Source: an uncultured Alphaproteobacteria bacterium (GTDB taxonomy: Bacteria; Pseudomonadota; Alphaproteobacteria; Sphingomonadales; Sphingomonadaceae). Taken from it: a stretch of DNA of 64,000 bases. The notes under the pieces are model-generated. The model worked only from the letters and a program-made list of their open reading frames with translations. It did no database searches and was not told the DNA's origin. The position numbers and the translations under genes are program-made. Numbering within the stretch: position 1 is the stretch's first letter; each line of letters starts with the position of its first letter. Where the stretch lies: contig CAVSKM010000005.1 in the NCBI GenBank assembly GCA_963728515.1, forward strand, positions 39,232 to 103,231. Direction: 5' to 3'. Positions 1 through 10,873 of this stretch are shown one piece after another.

Positions 1-108
1 CGGCCGCTTCGGATTCGAAGCGGATCCGCGGCTCGCCTATCCCGGCGCGACCGGCGGATATTTCCAGAGGCTGGTGATGGAAGGCGAACCGCCCAGGGGC
101 ACGGTCCG

Positions 109-969
109 CTACGCCCCGGCTTTCGGCTGAAGGCGCCGTCCGAGCGACTGGCCCATCCGGACCGTCGCACCGGGGCGGAATTGATCGGACCAGGCGACCC
201 TGCCGGCTTCGAATAGCAGGACCACGGTCGATCCGAGAATGAAGCGGCCCATCTCCTCGCCCGCCTCCAATCGGGGGCCCTCGGGGCCGAAACGTTCCAG
301 CCTGGGCGCGGGAGCATGCGTCGGGATCGGCCCCGACCATACGGTCTCGATCCCCGCGACGATCATCGCCCCGACCATGACGCTGGCGAAGCTGCCGAGA
401 TCGCTTTCGAACAGGCAGGCGAGACGTTCGTTGCGCGCGAACAGGCCGTCGACGTTTTCTGCGGTGACGCGATTGACCGAGAACAGATCGCCGGGGATGT
501 AGGTGGTCGCGATGAGCCGGCCCGCTGCGGGCATGTGCACCCGATGGTAGTCGCGCGGACTGAGATAGACCGTCGCGAAGGCCCCGCCTTCGAAACGGCG
601 CGCTGCCGCCTCGTCGCCGCCGAGCAATTGCACGGCGGTGAAATGCCGGTCCTTGGCCTGGAAGATACGGCCCTCCTCGATTCGGCCGATCTGGCTGATC
701 GTACCGTCCGCGGGGCTCAGGATGTGGTGCTCGGTATCGCCCAGCGGCCGCGCGCCGGGTCGCAGTTCGCGGGTGAAGAAATCGTTGAAGCTGCGGTATT
801 CGCCCTGGCTGCGCGCGGCTTCGCTCATGTCGACGTCATAGGCGGCGATAAAGCGGCGGATGAGCAAATCCTTGAGCCAGCCGATCTCGCTCGAGGCGAT
901 GGTCCCGGCGCTGCGCGAGACGAGATGATGCGGCAGCGCATGCTGGAGCCAGATAAAGGGCGAACTCAT
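109..969 (-). CDS. psd: phosphatidylserine decarboxylase proenzyme
   Basis: ORF 109..1059(-). The internal ATG at 969 gives MSSPFIWLQH. Family motifs LSPRDYHRVH and the C-terminal LGST self-cleavage site (FILGSTVV) are present. Residues upstream of 969 look like GC-rich junk. Confidence 0.9.
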   Translation of the reverse strand: MSSPFIWLQHALPHHLVSRSAGTIASSEIGWLKDLLIRRFIAAYDVDMSEAARSQGEYRSFNDFFTRELRPGARPLGDTEHHILSPADGTISQIGRIEEGRIFQAKDRHFTAVQLLGGDEAAARRFEGGAFATVYLSPRDYHRVHMPAAGRLIATTYIPGDLFSVNRVTAENVDGLFARNERLACLFESDLGSFASVMVGAMIVAGIETVWSGPIPTHAPAPRLERFGPEGPRLEAGEEMGRFILGSTVVLLFEAGRVAWSDQFRPGATVRMGQSLGRRLQPKAGA

Positions 970-997
970 GCCGACGGGCTGTGGACCGCAGGGCGCA

Positions 998-1261
998 TCA
1001 GCGCAACTGGCTGTCCTTGCTCCCCCGCCGGTTGATCCCCGACTGCCTGACCGCGGCATCGCGGCCGGACTGGCAGGCGACGCAGGTGCGGACGCCGGGA
1101 AGCGCCTGGCGCCGCTTTTCGGGTATCGGCTCGCCGCATTCGTCGCAATATTCGGCGCTGTCGCCGCGCGGCATGCGCGAGCGCGCTGCGCTCACCGCAT
1201 CGCTGACCGTGTCGTCGATCTGGTCCTGCACCGCTCCGTCGCGGGCCCATCCGCCTGCCAT
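998..1261 (-). CDS. DksA/TraR family C4-type zinc-finger protein
   Basis: 87-aa ORF with ATG at 1261. Carries CxxC-N17-CxxC (CDECGEPIPEKRRQALPGVRTCVAC), typical of small TraR/DksA zinc fingers. Confidence 0.75.
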   Translation of the reverse strand: MAGGWARDGAVQDQIDDTVSDAVSAARSRMPRGDSAEYCDECGEPIPEKRRQALPGVRTCVACQSGRDAAVRQSGINRRGSKDSQLR

Positions 1262-1307
1262 GCCGGCCTCCTTTTCCGATCAACGGGCCAGAGCCGCCGG
1301 GCGTTCC

Positions 1308-2324
1308 TCAGCGGCGTTCGAATTCGCGCAGTCCGGGCCCCAGGCGATTGCCCGCGATTGCGAGGCGATCGCCGGTCCAGTCGGCGACGAAGGCCGGGTT
1401 GCGACGCAGCCCGGGGGCGAGCCGGGCATCGTTGTCGGCGATGACGAGGCCGTCGGAGGTATAGCCCGCGCCTTCGGCTCCGACGGCGATCAGCGCCGAC
1501 CAGTTTTCCTTGTCCGCCCCCTGGACGAACCAGTTGCGCCGGATCGTGCCGGTCGCGCCATTGGGCAGGTCGATCATGTAGTTCGTCGCGTGGCCGTTGG
1601 CATCGTCGAAGGAATTGTCCTCGGCCACGATCCGGGCCGCGCGCGATTTGAGGTAGTGGCCGCCCGTGCCCTGCTCGAAGCGGCTGCGTGTCACGGTGAC
1701 GCTGCCATAGTCGCCGGCGTAGATCGAATGCGCGCAGCCGCCCGAATTCTCGCAGGTGCCGAGGCGGGTGAAGGTCGATTTGTCGACCACCAGCTCGCTG
1801 TCGATCCCATTGGTCGTCATGATCCCTTGCTGGCTGTCGCGGAACCAGCTCTGGGTGACGGTGAGCGGACCGCGCTCGAGCCGGATGCCGGCGCCATTGC
1901 CGTCCTCGACGCGGATGTCGGCGAAGGTCAGCCCCTCGATCGTGGCACCCTCGCCCCGCAGCACCAGCGCGGCCTTGCCCTCGCAGGCCTTGCCGCCGAG
2001 CAGCGCGCTGCCCGGGCGTTCGGCGCGCAGGTGCAGGCGCCCCGCGTGCTGCACGGCGCACTGGTTCCAATTGCCGGGGGCGACGACCACCGTCCCCTCG
2101 CGCGTGCCGATCGCATCGACGGCGTCCTGCAGCGTGGCATAGCCGCGCCCGGTCTCGAGCACGGTGAAGCTGGCGGTTCCCCGCTCCTGCGCCAGCAGCG
2201 CCGCCAGCGGGATCGCCGCCACCGCCACGAGGGCGACGACGACCATGATCCAGCGCGGCGGCCGTGCGGTGGGAGGCGTGAAGGGCGAAGCCATGGCCCT
2301 GGCATAGACGCCGATGGTTAACAT
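1308..2324 (-). CDS. membrane-anchored right-handed parallel beta-helix repeat protein
   Basis: ORF 1308..2411(-). N-terminal TM helix (WIMVVVALVAVAAIPLAALLA) followed by repetitive G/N/T-rich beta-helix-like segments (pectin-lyase-fold style). Start is ATG 2324 or 2294; the longest ORF would overlap the upstream gene. Confidence 0.7.
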   Translation of the reverse strand: MLTIGVYARAMASPFTPPTARPPRWIMVVVALVAVAAIPLAALLAQERGTASFTVLETGRGYATLQDAVDAIGTREGTVVVAPGNWNQCAVQHAGRLHLRAERPGSALLGGKACEGKAALVLRGEGATIEGLTFADIRVEDGNGAGIRLERGPLTVTQSWFRDSQQGIMTTNGIDSELVVDKSTFTRLGTCENSGGCAHSIYAGDYGSVTVTRSRFEQGTGGHYLKSRAARIVAEDNSFDDANGHATNYMIDLPNGATGTIRRNWFVQGADKENWSALIAVGAEGAGYTSDGLVIADNDARLAPGLRRNPAFVADWTGDRLAIAGNRLGPGLREFERR

Positions 2325-2337
2325 CGCGGAAACCCCT

Positions 2338-3300
2338 TCAGCGCTGGGCCGTGACGAAGCCCGCGATCGCTTCGACGAGATCGGGGGCCACGGGCAGCGA
2401 GGGATCGCCATAGCTGGCGCGATTGGCGGCCGGATCCCCGGGTTCGACCTCCTTGAGGACGTGGTTCATCCGAGGGAGGAGCGTAAACTCCGCCTCCGGC
2501 TGCGCCTCGCGCAGGGCCTCGCCATCGGCTGCGGGGACCTGCCTGTCCGCGCCGCCCTGCACGATCAGCAGCGGCAGGCGGACGCGTGCCGCCAGCGCAG
2601 CCGGGTCGCGCGCCATCGCATCGATGAGGAAACCCTGCACTTGCGGTGCGAACAGCCCCATGAGGGCAGGATGGAAGGCGGATACATCGACGTGCTCGCC
2701 CGCCTCGAGCGCATCGATCGCTGCATTCGCCTGATCGAACAACGGGGCATTGGCCGGATTGGCGGCGAGCTGTTCGCGCAGGAGGGTGCCGAGCGGACGC
2801 CCTGGCGCAGCGACGAGCACCACGCCGCACAAATGATCGATTTCCGCCGCGGCGGCGAGCGCCACCAGGCCCCCTTCGCTATGGCCGAGCAGCCAGATGC
2901 AGTCGCGCTCCGTCGCAGCCCGGGCAGCACCGACCCAGGCTGCGGTATCTGCGACATAATCCGCGATCGTCACCCGATTGGCGTCGGCGACCGCCTGCTT
3001 GCTGCCGAACATGCCGCGCTTGTCGATGCGCAGCGTTCCGATGCCCCGCTCCGCCAGCGCCTCGGCGAGCAGGCGATAGGGTGCCGCGGTGACGCCGAGC
3101 GGATTGTTGCCATCGCGGTCGGTCGGGCCCGAGCCGGGCAGGATGAGCACCAGCGGCTGGCCCTCGGCCGGGGGCACCAGCGTGCCGGCAAGCGCACCCT
3201 CGGGGCCGGGGGCGGTCAGCGCCTCCTGCGCCGCCGCGGGGGGCGCGTGTCCGGCGAGCAAGGCTGCCGCCAGGGCGATCGTCCGGATGGTCGGCTTCAT
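2338..3300 (-). CDS. secreted alpha/beta hydrolase (serine hydrolase)
   Basis: Signal peptide (IALAAALLAGHAPPAAAQ) and nucleophile elbow GHSEG. ATG 3300 is preceded by GAAGGAGGAG. The track start at 3306 is GTG. Confidence 0.8.
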   Translation of the reverse strand: MKPTIRTIALAAALLAGHAPPAAAQEALTAPGPEGALAGTLVPPAEGQPLVLILPGSGPTDRDGNNPLGVTAAPYRLLAEALAERGIGTLRIDKRGMFGSKQAVADANRVTIADYVADTAAWVGAARAATERDCIWLLGHSEGGLVALAAAAEIDHLCGVVLVAAPGRPLGTLLREQLAANPANAPLFDQANAAIDALEAGEHVDVSAFHPALMGLFAPQVQGFLIDAMARDPAALAARVRLPLLIVQGGADRQVPAADGEALREAQPEAEFTLLPRMNHVLKEVEPGDPAANRASYGDPSLPVAPDLVEAIAGFVTAQR

Positions 3301-3302
3301 GG

Positions 3303-3494
3303 TCACTCCTCCTTCAACGGTCGGCCGCGTCGCGCGGCACGGCTGGCCTGCACCTCAATTCCGCGCCGGTGGAGCGCTTCGCGCAGCAGCATCTCGATCT
3401 GCGCATTGGCGCTCCGCAATTCGGCCCCCGCCAGACGCTCGACCGCGGCATGGACCGCCGGATCGAGACGCAGGGCGAAGGCCTTCTTCTTCAT
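3303..3494 (-). CDS. ribbon-helix-helix (Arc/HicB-like) DNA-binding protein
   Basis: Internal ATG 3494 gives MKKKAFALRLDPAVHAAVERLAGAELRSANAQIEMLLREAL, a beta-strand/helix/helix RHH pattern. The stop TGA at 3305-3303 abuts the next ATG. Confidence 0.6.
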   Translation of the reverse strand: MKKKAFALRLDPAVHAAVERLAGAELRSANAQIEMLLREALHRRGIEVQASRAARRGRPLKEE

Positions 3495-3514
3495 GGTTCG
3501 GACCGGATTGGCAA

Positions 3515-4429
3515 TTACTGATAGAGCGTGCCGGCGTTGATCACCGGATGCGCTTCGCGCTCGCCGCACAGCACGACCATGAGGTTGGAGACCATCGTCG
3601 CCCGGCGTTCGTCGTCGAGTTCGACGATGCCGTCCTGGCTCAGCTTGGTCAGCGCATCCTCGACCATGCCCACGGCGCCGATCACCAGCTTCGAGCGGGC
3701 GGCGATCACCGCTTCGGCCTGCTGGCGGCGGAGCATCGCGCTGGCGATTTCCTGCGCATAGGCGAGGTGGGTCAGCCCGGCTTCGTCGACGATGATCCCG
3801 GCAACCTTGAGCCGGTCGTTCAGTTCCTCGAGCAATTCGCGATTGATCACCGCAGCGCTGCCGCGCAGCGTGGTTTCCTCGCCGTCGAAATCGTCATAGG
3901 GGTGGCGCGATCCGACGGTCCGCAGCCCGGCTTCGATCTGGATGTTCACGAACTGCTTGTAGTCGTCGACGTCGAAGCTCGCCTGGGCGGTATCGGCGAC
4001 GCGCCAGACGACATTGCAGGCGATCTCGATGGGGTTGCCGCGCAGATCGTTGATCTTGACGCGCTCCGAATGGATATTGTGCGCGCGGACCGAAACCTTG
4101 TTCCTGCCCATCCACGGCCAGATCCAGCGCAGCCCCTCGCTCCGCTCGGTGCCGCGATATTCGCCGAACAGCGTGACGACCACGGCCTGGTTGGGCTGGA
4201 TCATGAAGAAGCCCGCAGCCAGGAAGGCGAGCGCCAGCAGCGGACCGGCGAGCAGCGCGATGAAGGTGGCGATGGCCAGCCTGGAGGGTTCCTCGGGCGG
4301 GAGATTGCCGGTCAGGTTCCAGATGCCGAGGACGAGCAGCGCCAGGATCAGCAGCAGGATCGGATAGCCGCTGTAGCTCGATCCGCGACGTTCGACGCTG
4401 GTATTCATTCCCTTGAGTTCGACGGTCAT
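3515..4429 (-). CDS. SPFH/Band 7 (stomatin-like) domain membrane protein
   Basis: 304 aa. Two N-terminal hydrophobic helices are followed by an SPFH-like core ([10 protein letters not shown]...[19 protein letters not shown]...[21 protein letters not shown]). RBS GGAGGAGGAG lies upstream of ATG 4429. Confidence 0.85.
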   Translation of the reverse strand: MTVELKGMNTSVERRGSSYSGYPILLLILALLVLGIWNLTGNLPPEEPSRLAIATFIALLAGPLLALAFLAAGFFMIQPNQAVVVTLFGEYRGTERSEGLRWIWPWMGRNKVSVRAHNIHSERVKINDLRGNPIEIACNVVWRVADTAQASFDVDDYKQFVNIQIEAGLRTVGSRHPYDDFDGEETTLRGSAAVINRELLEELNDRLKVAGIIVDEAGLTHLAYAQEIASAMLRRQQAEAVIAARSKLVIGAVGMVEDALTKLSQDGIVELDDERRATMVSNLMVVLCGEREAHPVINAGTLYQ

Positions 4430-4456
4430 GGCAATCGCTCCTCCTCCGATATAATT

Positions 4457-4501
4457 ATGATATCATCTTTATATCGAATCCAATACCGGGTCAATACCGG
4501 G

Positions 4502-4512
<11 letters not shown>
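4457..4512 (-). promoter_or_regulatory. candidate sigma70-type promoter/operator region of the SPFH operon
   Basis: AT-rich island. The minus strand reads TTGACC (4494-4489) N15 TATAAA (4473-4468). It contains a perfect palindrome ATGATATCAT (4457-4466) and three tandem 11-bp units (4480-4512). Confidence 0.4.
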
Positions 4513-6346
<1,834 letters not shown>

Positions 6347-6387
6347 GCGCTTAACGGGGCCCGACGCTTCCAGACGGAGAAGAAATC

Positions 6388-6684
6388 ATGAACTATCGCA
6401 TCGTACTGACCGCCGCCGCCACGCTCGCTCTCGCCGCCTGCGGCAGTTCCGAGGATGCCTCGACCGAGGCCGAGGCCGACACGGTCGAGATCAGCGCCGA
6501 CGAGGCGCTGGTCGGGGTTGAGGAAACGCCCGTGGCGGATGCGAATGCCGATGTCGTCGCGACCGACACGGCTACGGTGGACGAATCGGCGGTCGAGCAG
6601 GAGCAGATCCAGGATGCCGGCGACAGCGCCGCGGAGACCGCCGAAGCGGCGATGGATGCGATGAACGAAGACACTGCCAATTGA
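6388..6684 (+). CDS. small hyper-acidic lipoprotein
   Basis: ATG with GGAGAAG RBS. Lipobox LALAAC|G. The mature part is very D/E/A/T-rich. Confidence 0.6.
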   Translation: MNYRIVLTAAATLALAACGSSEDASTEAEADTVEISADEALVGVEETPVADANADVVATDTATVDESAVEQEQIQDAGDSAAETAEAAMDAMNEDTAN

Positions 6685-6774
6685 TTCGCACGGGGGCGGG
6701 CCCATCCGTCCGTCCCCGCCAGCCGGGCCGTAACGTCCTTTGCGCGAGGTCCGAGTGGCGATAGCTTGCACCGC

Positions 6775-6999
6775 ATGAACCAACTCGTCCTCCCGCTCGC
6801 CGCGCTTTCGGCGCTTGCTGCCTGCTCCGGCTACGAGGAGGACCAGCCCGTCGATGCGGTCAGCCAGACCGAGGCCGAAGCGCTCGACGATGCCGCCTCG
6901 ATGATCGAGGAGCGCCGCTTGCCCGAGACCGCGCTTCCGCCCGAGACCGGCGCAGCCGAGCCCGCCGAACCCACCGAACCTGCAGGGGACGATCGATGA
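6775..6999 (+). CDS. small acidic lipoprotein
   Basis: The track start 6766 is TTG. ATG 6775 gives MNQLVLPLAALSALAAC|SG (lipobox). Acidic, Pro/Glu-rich tail. The stop overlaps the ACAD ATG (ATGA). Confidence 0.55.
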   Translation: MNQLVLPLAALSALAACSGYEEDQPVDAVSQTEAEALDDAASMIEERRLPETALPPETGAAEPAEPTEPAGDDR

Positions 7000-8186
7000 G
7001 AGAGACCGCGGCGCACCACCCGGGCATGGATCCCGAAGTGTTCGACCAGTTCCTCGATCAGCTCGACCGTTATGTCCGCGAGCGGCTGATACCGGCCGAA
7101 CAGCAGGTCATCGCCGACGACCGGATCCCCGAGGACATCGTCGCCGAGATGAAGGAGATGGGCCTGTTCGGGCTGACCGTGCCCGAGGATTTCGGCGGCG
7201 CCGGGCTCAGCACCACGCAATATGCCAAGGTCGTCAAGACCATGGCCTATGCCGCCCCTGCCTTTCGCTCGATCTTCTCGATCAATGTCGGCATGTTCAA
7301 TTCGGCGATCAAGAACGGCGGCACTGCAGCCCAGCAGGCCGAATGGTGGCCGCGGATCGCCGCCGGGAAGATCGCCTGCTTCGGCCTGACCGAACCCGGA
7401 TCGGGGTCCGACAGCGCGGCGATGCAGACCACGGCCCGCCCCGATCCCGGCGGCAATGGCTGGATCCTCAACGGGACCAAGCGCTACATCACCAATGCCC
7501 CGCATGCCGATGTCGCGCTGATCATGGCGCGCACCGAGAAGGAGGCACTGCCCAAGAACGCACATGTCAGCGCCTTCATCGTGCCGATGGACACGCCGGG
7601 GGTTTCCACCGGCAGTCCCGATGCCAAGATGGGCCAGGCGGGCAGCCACATTGCCGACGTGATGCTCGACGATGTCCACGTTCCGGGCGATGCGCTGCTC
7701 GGCGGAGAGACCGGCCAGGGTTTCCGCTTCGCCATGATGAGCCTCGACAACGGCCGCATTTCGGTCGGCGCGGCCTCGACCGGCTATGCCCGCCGCGCGC
7801 TCGACAGCGCGCTGCGCTATGCCAGCGAGCGCAAGGCCTTCGGCGAACCGATCGCCAATTTCCAGCTGATCCAGCAGATGCTCTCCGAAAGCTGGACCGA
7901 AATCTACGCTGCCGAGGCGATGATGGCCGACGTCACCGCCCGCGTCGACCGCGGCGAGAACACGGTCAAGCACGCTGCCGCCTTCAAGGTCTTCGCCTCC
8001 GAAATGTGCGGCCGGGTGGTCGATCGCGTGGTGCAGATCTACGGCGGCGCGGGCTATCTCGCCGAATACGATGCCGAGCGCTTCTTCCGCGATGCGCGCA
8101 TCTACCGCATCTACGAGGGCACCACGCAGATTCTCCAGCTGCAGATCGCCAAGCACATGCTGCGCGATTTTCAGGCGACCGCGTGA
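6996..8186 (+). CDS. acyl-CoA dehydrogenase
   Basis: 396 aa with typical ACAD blocks (GLTEPGSGSD, YITNA, IYEGTTQI). Alternative start at 7026. Confidence 0.9.
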   Translation: MRETAAHHPGMDPEVFDQFLDQLDRYVRERLIPAEQQVIADDRIPEDIVAEMKEMGLFGLTVPEDFGGAGLSTTQYAKVVKTMAYAAPAFRSIFSINVGMFNSAIKNGGTAAQQAEWWPRIAAGKIACFGLTEPGSGSDSAAMQTTARPDPGGNGWILNGTKRYITNAPHADVALIMARTEKEALPKNAHVSAFIVPMDTPGVSTGSPDAKMGQAGSHIADVMLDDVHVPGDALLGGETGQGFRFAMMSLDNGRISVGAASTGYARRALDSALRYASERKAFGEPIANFQLIQQMLSESWTEIYAAEAMMADVTARVDRGENTVKHAAAFKVFASEMCGRVVDRVVQIYGGAGYLAEYDAERFFRDARIYRIYEGTTQILQLQIAKHMLRDFQATA

Positions 8187-8216
8187 TCCTCCCCGAACGA
8201 TCCGGGGGAGGATAGA

Positions 8217-9443
8217 ATGTACGATCTTCTCTCGGGACTCTCGATCGTCGAGGCATCGAGCTTCGTCGCCTCGCCGACCGCCGGGCTCTATTGCGCGCAA
8301 ATGGGCGCCGAGGTGATTCGCGTCGATCACAAGTCCGGCGGACTCGACTACGACCGCTACATGCTGACCGAAGCCGGCCGCTCGCTGAGCTGGGAAAACC
8401 TCAATCGCGCGAAGAAATCGGTCGCGCTCGACCTGCGCAGCGAGGAAGGGCGCGAGCTGCTGGTCGCTCTGGCGGCGCAGACCGGCAATCTCGTCACCAA
8501 TCTGCCCGAGAAGAGCTTCCTCGCGCATGACGTCATGGCGGCGCGCCGCCCCGATCTGGTCAGCGTCCGGATCATGGGCTGGCACGATGGACGCCAGGCG
8601 ATGGACTTCACCGTCAATGCGGCGAGCGGCTACCCCCTGATGTGCGGGCCCGAGGACTGGGATCCGGCGACCGCTCCGCCGGTCAATCAGGTGCTTCCGG
8701 CGTGGGATTTCATCACCGGCGCCTATTGCGCCTTCGCTCTGCTGGCCGCGATCCGCAACCGTGACGCCACCGGCGCGGGCAGCGAAGTGCGCGTGCCGCT
8801 GGGCGATGTCGCGATCGGCACCATGGCCAACAGCGGGGCGATGGCCGAGATGCTCTATCGCGGCAGCGACCGCGAACGGCTCGGCAATGCCATCTGGGGC
8901 GCCTTCGGCCGCGATTTCCGCAGCCGCGACGGAGTGCGCTTCATGGTTGCGGCGCTGACCGCCAAGCAGTGGCGCGGCCTCGTCGCCGCCTTCGACCTCG
9001 GCGAAGAGATCGCCGCCCTCGAAAAGAGGCTCGGCGTGCGCTTCGCCGACGGCGACCGGCCGCGTTTCGAACATCGCCACGCCTTGTTCGACCTGTTCCA
9101 GTCCAGGGCCGAGGCACGGGATTGGGACGCTCTCTCGGCGTGCCTCGCCGCCGAGGGCACGACCTTCGAACGCTATCGCACGATGCATGAGGCGGCGCAG
9201 GATCCGCAGCTGGTCGGCGACAATCCACTGTTCGGCCCGTCGCCCGCGAACCCGAGCGGCTTCGCCTATCCCGCCACGCGGAGCTTCGCCAACCTGCCCG
9301 GACGCGAGGCGGGCGACCCCGCTCCCGCGCCTTTTCTCGGACAGCACACGGAAGAGGTGCTGGCCGAGCAGCTCGGCCTGTCCTCGGGCGCGATCGGCGA
9401 TCTGGTCGACCGCGACATCGCCCGCCTTTCCGACGCGGCCTGA
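8217..9443 (+). CDS. family III CoA-transferase (CaiB/BaiF; Mct-like)
   Basis: 408 aa. The N-terminal block LSGLSIVEASSFVASPTAGLYCAQMGAEVIRVD is typical of family III CoA-transferases. From memory it resembles 2-methylfumaryl-CoA isomerase-type members. Confidence 0.88.
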   Translation: MYDLLSGLSIVEASSFVASPTAGLYCAQMGAEVIRVDHKSGGLDYDRYMLTEAGRSLSWENLNRAKKSVALDLRSEEGRELLVALAAQTGNLVTNLPEKSFLAHDVMAARRPDLVSVRIMGWHDGRQAMDFTVNAASGYPLMCGPEDWDPATAPPVNQVLPAWDFITGAYCAFALLAAIRNRDATGAGSEVRVPLGDVAIGTMANSGAMAEMLYRGSDRERLGNAIWGAFGRDFRSRDGVRFMVAALTAKQWRGLVAAFDLGEEIAALEKRLGVRFADGDRPRFEHRHALFDLFQSRAEARDWDALSACLAAEGTTFERYRTMHEAAQDPQLVGDNPLFGPSPANPSGFAYPATRSFANLPGREAGDPAPAPFLGQHTEEVLAEQLGLSSGAIGDLVDRDIARLSDAA

Positions 9444-9514
9444 CCTGCCGCACGCCGGGCCTGTCCTACACGGGCCAAGCATGGCATGCTGATCGGATGC
9501 ACCCGATTCCCGCC

Positions 9515-9540
9515 CCTTCCGCCCCGAAGGCCGCTTTTTT
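9515..9540 (+). terminator. weak intrinsic terminator candidate after the CoA-transferase gene
   Basis: 5-bp stem ccttc/gaagg (9515-9519 / 9526-9530) followed by ccgc and T6 (9535-9540). Confidence 0.3.
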
Positions 9541-9582
9541 GCCACCCGCCACCGGAGCGGCACTTTTCTTCCCCTGAACAGT

Positions 9583-9600
9583 GTAACACCTGTAACAGGT
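9583..9600. promoter_or_regulatory. candidate operator upstream of the thiolase gene
   Basis: TGTAACA cc TGTAACA direct repeat containing the 13-bp palindrome ACCTGTaACAGGT (9588-9600), 35 nt upstream of ATG 9635. Confidence 0.3.
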
Positions 9601-9634
9601 CTCCCGAAATCAGACACTTGCGAGGACCCCTGCC

Positions 9635-10873
9635 ATGGCTGAACTGCCTGCCCGCCGCGTCGCGATCTGCAAGCCCCTGCGCACTCCCGTGGGCAAGTTC
9701 CTCGGAAGCCTCGCCCCGCTCGAGGCGGGTGCGCTCGGCGCCATCATCATCAAGGCGCTGATCGAGCGCAGCGGGATCGATCCCGCGCGGGTCGAGGACG
9801 TCGTCTTCAGCCAGGGCTATGGCAGCGGAGAGGCGCCGGCGATCGGACGCTGGAGCTGGCTTGCCGCGGGTTATCCGATCGAGGTCCCCGGCTTCCAGCT
9901 CGACCGGCGCTGCGGCTCGGGTCTGCAGGCGGTCGCGACGGCGGCGATGATGGTCCAGACCAGAGTCGCCGATTGCGTCCTGGCGGGCGGGGTCGAGAGC
10001 ATGTCGAACGTCGAACACTACACCACGAAGGCGCGCCACGGCGCGCGGCTGGGCGACATGGTGCTGTGGGACCGGCTGACGCGCGGGCGGCTGATGAGCC
10101 AGCCGATCGAGCGCTTCGGCGTCATCTCCGGCATGATCGAGACCGCCGAGAACCTCGCCCGGGATTACGGCATCACCCGCGAACAGGCCGATGCCTTCGC
10201 GGTGCGGTCGCATCGCAATGCGGCCAGCGCCTGGGCGGAGGGCCGGTTCGACGAGCAGCTCGTCCCGGTCGAGATCCCGCAGCGGCGCGGCGATCCGGTC
10301 GTGTTCGCGAAGGACGAGGGCTTTCGCGAGGATGCCAGCATGGAAACGCTCGGGGCGCTGCGGGCGATCGATGCCAAGCGCGATTCCGCGGCCATCGTCA
10401 CCGCCGGCAATGCCAGCCAGCAGAACGATGCCGCGGCGGCCTGTCTGGTGGTGGCGGAGGACAAGCTCGCCGAGCTCGGCCTCGAACCGATCCTGTGGTT
10501 CCATTCGTGGAGCGCGGCGGGCTGCGACCCCAGCCGCATGGGCATCGGCCCCGTGCCCGCGGTCGAGCGGCTGTTCGCCCGGTACGGCCTCGGCTGGGAC
10601 GACATCGGGCTGATCGAGCTGAACGAGGCCTTCGCCCCGCAGGCGCTCGCCGTGCTCGAGGGCTGGGGCTTCGCCGGGGACGACAGCCGCCGCGAGCTGG
10701 TCAACGTCAATGGCTCGGGGATCTCGCTCGGCCATCCGATCGGTGCGACCGGGATCCGCATTCTCGCCGACATGGCGCATGAAATGCAGCGGCGCGAGGT
10801 CCGTTACGGGCTCGAGACCATGTGTATCGGCGGCGGCCAGGGCATGGCGGCAGTGTTCGAGCGGGCTGCTTGA
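9635..10873 (+). CDS. acetyl-CoA C-acyltransferase (thiolase)
   Basis: Active-site blocks RRCGSGLQA, NEAFAPQ, GHPIGATG, CIGGGQG. Confidence 0.93.
   Translation: MAELPARRVAICKPLRTPVGKFLGSLAPLEAGALGAIIIKALIERSGIDPARVEDVVFSQGYGSGEAPAIGRWSWLAAGYPIEVPGFQLDRRCGSGLQAVATAAMMVQTRVADCVLAGGVESMSNVEHYTTKARHGARLGDMVLWDRLTRGRLMSQPIERFGVISGMIETAENLARDYGITREQADAFAVRSHRNAASAWAEGRFDEQLVPVEIPQRRGDPVVFAKDEGFREDASMETLGALRAIDAKRDSAAIVTAGNASQQNDAAAACLVVAEDKLAELGLEPILWFHSWSAAGCDPSRMGIGPVPAVERLFARYGLGWDDIGLIELNEAFAPQALAVLEGWGFAGDDSRRELVNVNGSGISLGHPIGATGIRILADMAHEMQRREVRYGLETMCIGGGQGMAAVFERAA

Noticed and set aside
3303-3494. RHH protein as the antitoxin of a toxin-antitoxin pair.
   Set aside because: No small toxin-like ORF (HicA, ParE, RelE, PIN and similar) is adjacent. 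The neighbours are a 304-aa SPFH protein and a secreted hydrolase.
9591-9600. Shared 10-mer tgtaacaggt upstream of the thiolase gene and again at 53636-53645.
   Set aside because: In 64 kb on two strands, thousands of repeated 10-mers are expected by chance. The second copy lies downstream of the P450 gene, not in a promoter. I do not treat it as a shared regulatory motif.
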